Below are positions 45,642-58,405 of a stretch of DNA of 64,000 nt, one piece after another. The position numbers were made by a program, and so were the translations under genes. The notes beneath the pieces were generated by a model, which was given only the letters and a program-made list of their open reading frames with translations, was not told the origin of the DNA and did not search any database. This DNA comes from Nemertoderma westbladi (lineage: Eukaryota; Animalia; Xenacoelomorpha). Position 1 is the first letter of the stretch; each line of letters starts with the position of its first letter. The stretch is taken from assembly GCA_032718475.1 (NCBI GenBank), contig JAUCBJ010008313.1, positions 62,001-126,000 of the forward strand, read 5' to 3'.

Positions 45642-48600
45642 TTAAGTTGGGGAGTCCCTAGATGTTTGTTGGATTAGGGATGTGGTCGTGGGAAGAGTAT
45701 CTTGCCTCCCATAGTTCCCGGAGAGTTCTCTGTCTCTTTCCAGTAAACATAAGCGACCAACTGGGCAACAATTCCCGGTTTCTTGAAGTTACGTCGCATG
45801 ACGACGAGTTCTACCGATCGCACAAACCGTCATCCGAGATGTGAGTCTCGATGATACGACCTGTCTACCACCGCTTACGTGGAAGATCTATATCCACAAT
45901 AAGAACCATGTCTCCAGCGCTGACGTTTTCTTGCTGCGGAAACCACTTAGTTCGAAGTTGTAGCGTGGGCAGATAATGTTTTTCGAAATGGTCAGCGAAA
46001 CGACGGGATAACAACTGCATGAGTTGCCAAGTTTTCTGGCAGTATTCATCTCCGTCTGTGATTTCCGATTGTGGGAGCATGGCTACAGGTTTCTTTAGTA
46101 GGAAATGCGCGGGTGTTAGCGCTTCCAGGGAATCGGGACTCGATGAGACTGGCATAAGTGGTCTCTCGTTGAGATAGGCGGCGATTTCCTCCATTAACGT
46201 CCGCAAAAGTTCGTCGGTGAGATACGCGCGGCAAGGCACTATAAAGTGAAATGCTGTCTTCACACTTCTTATTAATCTCTCCCAACTTCCTCCCCACCAA
46301 GGGGCGTCAGCGGCGTTGAAGGTCCAGCTAGACGCTGTTACTCGTAGCTGATCGTCCACCTGTCTTTGGTTCCAATCTTTGACGTAAGCTTTGATTTCAT
46401 TGTTGGCACCAATGAAGTTTGTTCCCTTATCAGATCTCATCGTGTTACTAGTGCCAAAGCGAGCGGTCTGTCGTTGTAAGCTTAATAGAAAGCTGTTGGT
46501 AGATAAATCGTTCACCATGTCGAGATGGATAGCTCTACAAGTCATACAAACAAAGATGACACACCATCTCTTGACTATAGTCCTAGCACGATATACTTCA
46601 ATGGGACCAAATAAATCCACACCGGTATTAGTAAAGGGTGGTTCATAGAAGCTTACTCGTTCCCTAGGTAATTCTGCCTCTCGCTGTGTTAAAGGCCTAC
46701 TGAATGCTTTCCTACAGGGTATGCAGTTCCTAAGAACTTGGTTCAGAGCTCTACGGGGTTTATAAAAATAATAGCGAGTTCGAATTTCGCTAAGAACTCG
46801 TTCCCTACCAGCATGATAAAGTTTGCTGTGAACGTCTACAATCATCTTGACTTGTATTTCAAGATTTCTAATGAGTATGGGAAACTTAGTGTCAAAGGAT
46901 AGTGGAGCATTCGTTAATCTTCCTCCAACACGTATCAACCCATCTATCATTGTGCTAGAGAAACGATCCCTTAAGCGCATCTGTGGATTTCTCAACAACA
47001 GGAAATACTTATCGGAATCCTCATAGCATTGCAGGAGTCTCAGCATCTGCTTGTTGGTTTCTTCATGCTCCTGATAACAGATCTTCTCCTTCAGAAACCT
47101 GTCGGGTATCTTATATTTGGGAAGATCTTTAATAACATGGACCTGCACTGATGTTATTGGAGCGGTATCACCTTTGGCCTTCATCCCGGAGTATTGATGG
47201 TGAAAACATCTCTTTAAATATGTAACGGCCTTACAGAGCCGATTCCAGCAACTGTAGTGATGTATCGCTCTCTGCAGAAGAGGTGAGAGTCCTTGCGAGA
47301 CATCTGGTATTCCAGATTTCCAATCCTTCTCACGGATTTCCACAACAAGTTTATTTGTGGCTGTGGGTTTCTGATCCAAAGCGTCGTCTCCGGAAATATG
47401 TAGTACAGACAGATCTACCATGGGTTTGAATAACTTCGATTTACTCGCCCGAGTTTTAGGTTTGACTTTCTCCGCTCCCTTGGCCTGTCTAATCTCTGCT
47501 GTAGTAAGATGAGGAGGCCATTCTTCTTCTTCTTTGTAGAGGAAGTCGGGTCCACCTAACCAGTCTGGAGTGTCTACCAGTTCTTGTGGAGTTGCTCCCC
47601 TGGAGGCGATGTCTGCTGGATTAATCATTCCGGGGCAATGTCTCCATTGATCCATCGTTGTGCGACTGAGTATAATGGCTACTCTGTTGGTAACGAAGAC
47701 GCTGAACTGACAGACTTCATTGGTTATATACTCCAACACGAGTAAAGCGTCGGTCCAATAGACAGTTTTCTCCAGTGGATAGTCGATCTGTTCTGTTACA
47801 TTCCGGCCGATGGCTGTAGCATATAGAGCCGTTTTAACTCCGCTCGAGGAACTTTCAACTTATTGTTTATCAATGCCTTAGAAGTAACCAAGGCAACTTT
47901 GATTCCGTCCGGAGTTTCCACCCTTAGGTAGGCTACTATACCTATTCCCATATCGCTGGCATCTCCAAACACATGGAGTTGATAGGAATACGTAGGGAGA
48001 ACATGACCAAAATATGAACGGGAAATTATAAATTTCTCGATGGCTGGTAGAGAATCTTCCCATGTCATCCACTTCTTTAATAATTCTCCCTTAAGTGGAT
48101 CGTCCCATGAGTGGTTTTCAAGCCACATTTGTTGTACTAAACTCTGAGCAATCAATATAACTGGGCTAATAAATCCCAATGGATCGAAATAAGTGCTCAG
48201 GATACTTAAACAAATCCGTTTAGTCCGAACTGGATTATCTCGCTGTTTTAGTTGGAAAAACAGGATATCTCTTTCGGTGTCCCATTTCAAACCAAGGTCT
48301 TAGTTTCTGGGAGATCATCTTTTATTAGATCCAGGTCTTTCGCTCCTCGATCTTCTACCGGGATCGACTCCAGAAACTCACGGGAGTTGCTGGTGAATTT
48401 AGTTAATTGAAATCCACCTCTTTTTAAGCACTCTACCGTTCCTTTAGCGACATCAATGGCTTCTTCGACTGATGGAAGGGACTTTAGATTGTCGTCCATG
48501 TATATATCTCGCTTGATGTTGTCAATCACCTCTTTAGAGAAGGCATCTCGGTTGTCATCCGCAGTGGTGCGCACCACGGAACAGGCGTTTGAAGGGCTCG

Positions 48601-51600
48601 AGATTATCCCAAAAGCCTGGATGGTCATCCAGTACTCCACTGGTTTCTGGTTGAGGTCTCCTTCAGGCCACCACAGAAATCGTAGGCTGTCTCGATCCCT
48701 ATCCAGCGCCTTGACTTGTAAGAACATGCCTTCTATATCTGAGGCGAAAGCAATGGAATATTGTCTTAATCTTAAGAGTATTCCCAACAAGGATTGGAGT
48801 AAGTTTGGTCCGGGTAACAATTCAGAATTAAGGGATTGGCCCATATAGAGGGCGGAGCCGTCAAACACCACTCGTACTTCATGGGGTTTACCGGGTTTGG
48901 GAACATAATGGTGAGTTAAATAATACGTTCTCTCAGTTATAGGTGTTTCTTCCGGTACTAGCTCCGCATATCCCTTGCTAATAAATTTCTTCAACTGCGT
49001 TTGATACATTTCTTTAGCTGAAGAATTTGCCGTAAGGCGTCAATGTAGTTGAGCAATTCTTTTTTCCGCCAAGGGTCTGTTGTTTACGAACTTTGGTTCT
49101 CGCTTTCTGAAAGGTAGACCGATCTCATATCTACCTTGATCTTTAAGAAAACGTGTAGTTGTCTCTTGGATCTGCTTGGCTCTTTCTTCCTCTACCGATA
49201 GGGCCTTATCGTAGGAATTGGGCTCTACAGCCTCTTGAGTAAAGAATCGTACGGCATGTTCATCCCGAGTCTTGGCATTATAACGTTCAATGACGTCATT
49301 AAGTTCGTCGTTATAGTCGTCTCGTTCTGATGGAAGAAGGAGCTGACATAAGTTCACTTGGTTTTGCCAAGTCTCGTTTTCCTTAAGGAGATCGATGGTA
49401 TTCTCCTCATCGAAAAGTTGGTGGACATCGTCATTATCTGAGGAGTATGGTGTTCCCTCAGTTAGATCATCTAACTCACTGCCCTGGACTTCCCATTCTC
49501 TCACTTGACATACCTGGTCTTTCGGTAATCTTTCCATGAGAGTTCTACGGGAAGGGCCAGTAAAGTACCAACCCACTCTAGTTCTTCCCGCATAAGCTTG
49601 TAGTGGTTGCGGTTGAGCGGGCCGTTTCTCCAATGTCTCGAGCGCTTCATGAGCGTTTTGACCGATGAGTATTTGCACTCCAGGGTAATCGGTGTTGAAT
49701 CTAGGTATTTCCAGCTGCTGGGTGAAATCGTCCTCATCCCAGTTATAAGGTTCCACTTGGGTGGTAGGGAAGTTCTTTATCGCCACCATTTTTACTGACC
49801 TTATACTATGTTCTCCTAGTTCATCCTGGGGGGTGGACAACGCACCTACATAATAATCCGCTATTACTGTAGATTTCCAAACCTGCATAATTCATGACAT
49901 GTTTAGCTTAGTTCGGAACTTGGGTTGTCCAGCAAAGATGTCTTCGGCTAGTTCTTTGTCGATGAATGTTCCTGTACTACCGGAGTCAAGGAGGGCGTTC
50001 ACTACATAACTCCTTTTAGGTCCGTGGACCCTTACCTGTACTACAGGAAATTCTCGGATTCCTACATTGGAAGGTGGCGCTTTCCAAGATGGTTGTCGAT
50101 CAGAAGTAGTTAGGGTGAGGTCGCTGTCTGTGTCTTTTTCATACATAAGTGCTCGATACACTGCGGTATTTATCATGTAACAGGATTCACCTTCGTCGGA
50201 GAATTCATCTGTATAGAATCCTTCCATCTCAGAGCTTTGGTCAGTGTCGTTCACATCACTGAATTGGACATGTAGTTCGGAATCACTTACCTGACTCTGG
50301 CTGTTTCGCTCAAATTCAGTGTGCAACAAGATATGATGTTTCGCACCGCACTTTGCACACTTTGTGTCGGAGTAACAGGTTCGCCGTTGGTGTCCTTGTC
50401 TGAGGCAATTATAACACAACCGCTTATCCCACATGACTTCCCGTCTCTCCGCTAATGATTTCTTCAGGAATTCATCACACGTATTCAAACGGTGGGTCCC
50501 GTCACATAGCGCACATTTCGGTTTGATGTTACTTACCTTATTTTGAATAACAGTGTGCACACTCGTTCTTTCTTCGGGCTTTCTCACCTGAATTCTCTTG
50601 GGAGACGTAGGAGGAGTTTTTCTTACCTGTTCTCTCCTGTCATTGGTTCGAGACTTGAATTTACTTACCTGTTCTTTAGGCGTTTTATTGACATAATAAG
50701 ATCTTTTAGTGTCTTTCCCGCTATCCTCTCCTTGAGAAGTCTGGCTTTCGCCGTCGTCTGTATAACACACTGGTGTTACCTTTCTCCTAGAGACGGGTTT
50801 CTCACTTACCTTGTTTTCCGGTGTCTTCTCTCTGGACTGCTTTATGAGCTGTAATTTCACTTCGCCATCCAAGAATGACATGAGATCAGCCATGGTAGGG
50901 TCTCGTTGTTGTTGTTCCATCATATATAACACTTTCTTGTCCCAGCGTGTACCTACTCCACCCTTCGGTAAAGTAGAAGCCACTGCTCTAATAACCATAG
51001 CACTCTGATACTCATGATACTTACCTAGCCAATCTAATTGTCTGCAGATCTCCTGAATCTCATCGGAAAACTCTATAATCCCGCTGCTAATAAACTTTCG
51101 GGGCGCTACCAACTTTGCATACAAATACCCAGCTATGTTATTCCTATTACCATACCTGATGTTTAGTGTATCCCAAACTTGTCTTAATCAGTCTGGATGT
51201 CCAATAAACTTTAACGCCATTAACTTGGGAGATCCTTCCAAGCACTCGATGAGGAATCTAAGTTTCTCTCCATTAGATAGCACAGAGTTCTGTATGTTAT
51301 CTTTGTAATATTCATTAAAAGGTAACCATTTTATCTCATCTCCATTGAACTTGACTATCTCTCCCACCTTTACCGCTTGGCGGGCTTCGGTTCTAACCAT
51401 TTGACGCGTAAAACTTTCTTGGGCCATTGTGTTATTTAATATCGAGTTATCGGTATATAAATTTCTTGGATTATGATCAGGTCTATAGGGATTATCACTA
51501 TCAACAGGTCTATAATTACCCTTAATAGGGTTTACTATAGGAGTTTCTACTTCGCTAGCAGTATAGATGCGTGTAGGCTCCACACCTTGCGCATGAGATA

Positions 51601-52637
51601 CTTCAGACCTAACGGGTTGACATATTGTTACAGAGGGTGGTGATATACCCTTTTGTAAATTTACTAATTTATCGCGTTCTAGCGCGATACTTTGCTGCAC
51701 TTCTTGCAACTCTAACGTAGTTTCCTTTACGGTTCCCTTTAACTGTTGAACAGTCCCTTCCAACTCTCGGACCTGTTGGGAGGAGCGCACTCGATTCTCC
51801 TTCATCTCTCCGAGGAGAATGTCCATCCCCCGCCGTCTCTCGTCTACCCAATCAACTGCCGAAGCGGGATCCGCCAACGTCGTAGCGGGCAGATGAGGGA
51901 CTACGGGCGATATATCCTTTATATTTCGCTCGGAGTCCAGGACCGACACTGTTTCAGGGGCTGTTCCTCTAGGCACAGATAATTTGGTGCTGTGTAAAGG
52001 GAATTTAAAGGTGGGTTCTGGGAGCACAGGTGTCTCTATCACCGAAGGGGTGATTTCAAGAACAGGCCTAATTATTTCAGGCTCATCTACTATAGTAGGG
52101 AGTCTTTCTATTTTAATTATTTGGTCTGTGGGTTCTGTACTACCTAAATCTGTGTTAGTTAGTTGCCTTCTAACAGCTGGGGGCAAATCAGGCAATTTGT
52201 GACGGTGAGATGTTCTTCTACGCCTACTTAGACGAGATCTATTTCCTCCGCCTTCAGGATCGGTGGTATCGCCTTCCTCAGATGATGTATAACCTTGTCT
52301 TTTGGGAGTAGATCTATTCATCATCTGCATATTACTAGCTGTTAACTGTTTACTGAAGTTGTCTTGCTTCTCTTGAAGATTTTCCAACTCTAGTTGGGTT
52401 GTCTCTTCAGATGCCCTCCGTTGATTCTCCATGGGTTGAGCGCTCATCCAGTTGGGCTTTCCACTGAGTCGTTCCTTGCACCTGGAGGCTCACCCGTTGA
52501 AACCAAGTCTTTACGGCAACTTGCAATGACGTGTCTTGTCTTCTTTTAGAAGCCTCCTCAAAGGCCGATAAGATTAGCCTGATTTGTAGAATTCTTTCTC
52601 TAACTTGATAAAGCAGCTGTCCCTGCTCTTGAGGTCC
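45642..52637 (-). pseudogene. Degenerate gag-pol of element B
   Basis: Gag knuckles (CALCDGTH, CYNCLRQGH, CAKCGAKHH), ALLDSGST protease, IYMDDN RT, FGDAS RNase H, integrase. Several stops, frameshifts and deletions. Confidence 0.93.
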
Positions 52638-54088
52638 TATGATCGATTCTATGTGTGGTATTCGATATATTTAGTTTTTTGACATTGTTTTGTCGCGAAA
52701 TTAAAAGCAATGGTAAAATAACAGCTGGTGTTCATGATGAAATATGGCTTAATATGTTATACACAGTCATAGAAAAACGTGTTGGTTGCCAAGTTTTACT
52801 AGTAGGCTATAAGGAAAGGCAATGTTTACTCACACATAAGCTGTTGGTTTCTAATGTATTACCCCATTAGCTGATTGCTCTCCCAGTGCTTTGTAAGGGT
52901 ATATCTACAATAAGGTTACTCACTCTGCTATGTTAGGGGGTGGATCAGGAGAATGAATTTTAGTTACACAAAGCAGTGTGTTGTGTCCTATTGCAGTCGA
53001 TACTCACTGTGGATTGCAAAATGTTTTATAGTTGACCTACACTATAATACAGTAGTTGCATGTATTTAAGGAGCCCGCTCTGGCCTACTGCCTAACTTAG
53101 CAGTAATACCTATATTACATATTCACATATTAAAAATATTCTTATTTTTTTTATTACATACGATTTTTTAGCTGAAGCATTAATAGTGTAAATTAATTTA
53201 ATTATATTTTAATACCATTACTACATTGGCATACTGTAAGATAAGTTTTAATATTTCTTACAAATAGTGGTGCGAGCATAAATCAAATCACGCAAATTTA
53301 AAAAAACCGGGTATGTTGTCATAGCAAAGTTTCAGTTTTTATTATGTGGGACGAGCCACAAAGTACTGCTGAGAAAGACTGAAAGGTTCAAAGACTGTAT
53401 GTCAACAATGTTATTATTATTTATTATTATTATAGTCTGCGCCACAAACAGAATATGCCAAATAATTAAATTAGCAATATAAATTTCAGAAAAATAACTA
53501 TCGGACTTGGCTGAAGAAATCGAATTATAATCCACTTAGTTTGTTATATTGATGATATTATTACTCTCTGGGAATGTGTTGGAATGGGAGATTGTAAATT
53601 ATTATTGAACAGTAAATATTACATATCCCATAAAAGTCGTCATAATTAATTGTGTAGAAACAATTGTTTACCTTCTCGTTTAGATTAATTAGTAAATAAA
53701 TAAATTAGTTTAGATATTTTCTGTTAGCGAATTTATTTCGAATAATAAAAAAGTGTGTAGGCCGATTGTATGGTTGTTTAATTTGCGTTATGATTTTTCG
53801 CCGTGACCTAGACTTCTATTAATTGTTAAATCTAATGGTTTTCAAAAAGAAAGGTAACCGTACCTGTACTGGTAAATCTAACTTGTTATTTATCTGGTTG
53901 TGAATCATGGGCATTTTCTTATAAATATTCGGTTGTTAGTGGCAGCAAAGTTTCATTTTTTATTATGTGGGGCAAGCCACAAAGTCAGCTATGTATCATC
54001 ACACCATTTAGACAATTGTTTAGTTTAGTATTGGCTAGGATTCTTCCCCCCGGGCTCCTTCCAGGTAGCTTGCTGGCTCTCTAGTAGA
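52638..54088. other. Foreign AT-rich ~1.45-kb segment replacing the gag 5' end of B
   Basis: Similarity to A stops at 52637 (A ~23265) and resumes at ~54089 (A ~24297). Confidence 0.7.
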
Positions 54089-55077
54089 AATAAATATAAT
54101 AAGCCTATCGTGAATACCGGTATGTCAATTATTTTGGAATAATTGAATTTCTGAATTTTTTAGGGGTTACTTGGTTACTTTAACTTACTTTATTACCGTT
54201 ATTTAAGCAGTAGTCCAACTGATATTTAGACCTAATTGTTGTATGGCAGGCCTACTATTTATAAATCTTTGAGTTGATTTATAATATATATACCCGTTAT
54301 AATGGTTTTTTTTGTCAATATTTGAAATAAATGTTATTATTTCTGGGGGGAGTCACTACACAGAAGCTGTGCGCTCTCAGTGGAGTGCTACTTGTTGGAC
54401 ACTAAAACAAATAATTCTAATTTACCTAAGTTACTTAATACTACAAATTACATACAATTCGGGGTGAGATTACAATCTCTAAATAAACACAAAAAATTAC
54501 ACGTACGAATTTTTAGGGTAATTTTACAAGAAGTCTACAAACCAGCCTAACAAAGGGTTAGAAATCTGGTTATTACAACGGACAGAGTACTACGGTATTT
54601 GAAAATAATAAGTAGTAGTAAATATACTGCGTTGTCCAGATAGAAAAATACCACCGTCTGACGACTTATAGCCATATCGCTATAAGTACTACGTTATGTA
54701 TCACGGAGTGTTCCTACCTAGAAGTTAATTACCGCAGTCTACCAGAACCAACGTGCCTATTAACCACTTTACAACACAAATATACTGCCTACACACTAAT
54801 TGCCTTCGGAAAGCACTGTACACTAAACCCTAAATTAGGTACAAGTACTTATACAACAAAATAATAATTAGTAGTTAAAATACTTGAACAGCTAAAAGAA
54901 CCACGGTATCTGCCGGAGTGACCAAAGCACAAAATCTCCAGTCTTTACCTATGCCGAGCAGCCCTGATGTAGTACCGGGGTTAGTTTAACTGTAACGGTA
55001 TATATAACAAGCACAATTACTGCAGGAATAAACTTGGGGAATGAATGTTGCGAATAATCACATAAACTCTGAATAAT

Positions 55078-55650
55078 AAATATTACGCTACGCGTACAGA
55101 CTACTCAAACAAAATGCAGACCAAATACTGACAGACTACTATCAAGCCCAAGCAAACTACGGTATATGCAGACTCCGAAATGGTTAGTTAGTATGCGTCC
55201 TAACCTAGTGGGACGACTTATTCTTTCGAGGGGGTTTACCTCACAGCTCTGGAAGCCCCTACGTTCCCAACTGGCACTTTATCGGACATACACTCTACAC
55301 ACACCGAAATCTCTCAAGACCTAACAACAGCCAGACAAAATCCAGCCTACAAATTATCTAAGTATGAAATATTACGCTACCCGTACAGACTACACAAACA
55401 AGGTACAGACCAAACGCTGGCAGACTACTATCAAGCCTAAATAAACTACAGTATATGCAGACTCCGAAATGGTTAGTTAGTATGCGTTCTAACCGAGTAG
55501 TACGACTTATTCTTTCGAGGGGGTTCACCTCACAGCACTGGCAGCCCCTACTTTCCTAACTAGTACTTTTTCGGACATATGCTCTACACACACTACAGTC
55601 CCTTCAGACTTAACAACAGTCAGACAACAGTCTAGCCTACAAATTGTCTG
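55078..55650. repeat. ~289-bp diverged tandem duplication in the 5' leader of B
   Basis: AAATATTACGCTAC...GCAGACTCCGAAATGGTTAGTTAGTA...AGCCTACAAATT at 55078 and 55367. Single copy in A (~25286-25570). Confidence 0.85.
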
Positions 55651-55916
55651 TACAATCTGAGCAGGCTTACATGCCTTCTGCTCAATACTGGCCTACAAAT
55701 AAATAAAACTGACAGAAATAAGTAAGCTCCAAAAGAAACAAGGGGTGTACAGTCCCTAATCTCTTAAACAGCCTACCGGTATACAATTTCACAATCGAAT
55801 AATACTGCTGTACCTGTACTGCTGTAGGTACCGGTCCGGGTGGTTAGGTAGTCAGGCCTATTAGGTACCGGTTAACCGGTACTTCAGCTTTATTGCCTAC
55901 TGCAATACAGAGTTAT

Positions 55917-57077
55917 TGTTCGCGCTTTCAGACCTTTAGCAGTTTAACCTGCCAAATTTGGATGTCTTTTAGATGATAGATAGTCTTTAGCCTATGACAA
56001 GTATTTGATACACTACATTAGCCGAATCCAGTCTATGCGCGATCATTCACCCGCTGGATATACCCGGGAGACTGGATTCGGAAGCCTAACCGTATTGCGG
56101 GGTAGGCCTACTGTATTATTCGACTGATCGTAATATATATAATCTCTGACAAATATTATTCACTTTCGGGAAATATTAACAGTTCCTTTAGGACGTGGCG
56201 CTTTAAATATATAAACAGAGTTATGACTTAAACTAGACACAACGGGATGGCTATAGATTCACGTATATGGCGCATTCTTTAGGAGATGCTTCGTTATCAA
56301 TCACGATCATACACCATACTGCACAATGCTGCACACTAATCTGCCAGTCACATATAAGGAGAACAACAGACAATACGTGTAGGGCCTATAAAATAGCATT
56401 AGATTCACTTCAAACCACTTAATGTAAGTCGCAATCGTTATATGTATCCGGTCTCTCTAACCTTTAGTATATCAAGAAGATGGGGTGTCTGATTGTTTAT
56501 CAGTATTCCAAATATAATATTCCATCAACAAATATAATGAATAACCGACAGTAAATAGCAGTACAAAGTTTAAGGTATGAAGAAGATATGTTGTGTTATG
56601 TTATGAGTTCAGTGAGGTATGTTAGGTATGTATGATAACGGATATACGTTCTATAATTAAGCCTACTAATGTTGAGCTAAAGACTGAAACACGGAGGTTC
56701 CACGCCGGTGTTGTAGGCTGTGGACAAAATCACATACTGACTCACTTCACTAGTTTCTATATACAATCTCCAACACAGAGGCAAAAAACGCTCTGATTGG
56801 TCGACCGAACAAAGAGAGAACAAAGAACAAAGAGATGTTCCACGTGGCAATATCAGCTGTTAGCCGTCGTCATGGTAGCTACACTGTTTCAAGAGGATCC
56901 GGCGTATTGCGTCATAGAATTGCTAATCATGTCCGCTAAAGTACACATACAGAAGAAATGGCTTTTATGTCCTCTAAAACAACAATACAGTAAGGACACG
57001 GCCTTTTAAGCCTGTTAAACCAACTACAGAGTACTTTACGGGAAAAATAACCGGCTAATTACGCAAAAGCCTTTACA
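55917..57077 (-). repeat. 5' LTR of element B (1161 bp)
   Basis: Matches 38509-39686 apart from a 16-bp and a 1-bp deletion and a few substitutions. Confidence 0.95.
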
Positions 57078-57099
57078 GTGGTGCCTTTCCAAGGCTTTT

Positions 57100-57441
57100 A
57101 TTGTAGGCCTATATATCATATGATAGCGGTAGCGGTACATAGCGGTAGGCAGGTAGGCCTGTAAACTGATATAATCAATCATGTACTGATGTAGGCCTAT
57201 ATATATAATATATATATCAGTATATGGAGGATATGCAGATATCGAGAGATGGAATCAAATAGTGACAAATAGTGACAATTGTAGGCCTATATATCATATG
57301 ATAGCGGTAGCGGTACATAGCGGTAGGCAGGTAGGCCTGTAAACTGATATAATCAATCATGTACTGATGTAGGCCTATATATATAATATATATATCAGTA
57401 TATGGAGGATATGCAGATATCGAGAGATGGAATCAAATAGT
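57100..57441. repeat. Perfect tandem dimer (178-bp period) flanked by a 13-bp direct repeat
   Basis: ATTGTAGGCCTATATATCATATG...GAATCAAATAGT at 57100 and 57278. TTTCCAAGGCTTT at 57086-57098 and 57441-57453. Confidence 0.88.
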
Positions 57442-57874
57442 TTCCAAGGCTTTCCAAGTGAGTGATGCAGCTAGGATGGTCTGTACGGTCCGATAATGGC
57501 CCATTCCTTGTCTAATTTCGCCTTATAGCCTAAATCCCTACTACTTAATTTTGAAGCTATTAAATGTACCCTAATTTGCAGTTGTGTCAGTTACTTTTAT
57601 TGTATTTCAGAATTTCTTTCCTACTGTTACTATAATTTGTTAAATTTTTACCCCTATTCTTATTCTATTTTATTTTGATATATTTCTACTATTTACTGTT
57701 TATGGATTATTCTATTTCATAATCCACATTCTGACCTATTCTATGGGCCTGTGCAGTACAGCAGTATATGTCGCGTGGCCTACATGATCTATCCAACTGT
57801 ACTCATATGCCCCCATCTCGCTACTGACTGCTAACTAATATCCATATTATACATATCCCTTCTACCCCTATTAC

Positions 57875-58295
57875 TAATCGGTACTACGTACCCTCTAACT
57901 CTTACTCTCTCTCTCTCTAACTAGCGGTACTACATACCCTCTAACTCTTACTCCAATACCTCTAACTAGTGGTACTACGTACCCTCTAACTACTCTAACT
58001 CCACTAACTAACGGTACTACGTACCCTCTTACTACTCTAACTCCACTAACTAACGGTACTACGTACCCTCTTACTACTCTAACTCCACTAAATAACAGTA
58101 CTACGTACCCTCTTACTACTCTGACTCTACTAACTCCACTAACTCTCTTTACTAACTAACGGTACTACGTACCTCCTAACTAACTAACTCTCTAACTAAC
58201 AGTACTACGTACCTCCTAACTAACTAACTGTTTCCTGACTCTAGGTACTACGTACCTTCTAACTCCTTCTAACTCCTAACTAACTAACTAACTCT
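57875..58295. repeat. Minisatellite with nine GGTACTACGTACC-type cores downstream of C pol
   Basis: Cores at ~57880, 57926, 57971, 58013, 58055, 58097, 58161, 58201 and 58244, separated by (CTAA/CT)-rich linkers. Confidence 0.9.
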
Positions 58296-58405
58296 AATTT
58301 TTATTTATTTTATTTTTTATTTTATGTGTGGGAAGGGCGTCTCGCCCTCAATCCCACCCCCCTCAGTCCAAGACTTGGACGACTAAACTACACTCTAACT
58401 CCACT

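Larger units (their letters stand above)
38509..57077 (-). mobile_element. Bel/Pao LTR retrotransposon B (relative of A), both LTRs present, coding regions degenerate
   Basis: LTRs at 38509-39686 and 55917-57077, perfect TSD GTGGT (38504-38508, 57078-57082). Confidence 0.96.

Noticed and set aside
57875-58295. Possible CRISPR array
   Set aside because: Linkers are repetitive low-complexity sequence, not unique spacers.
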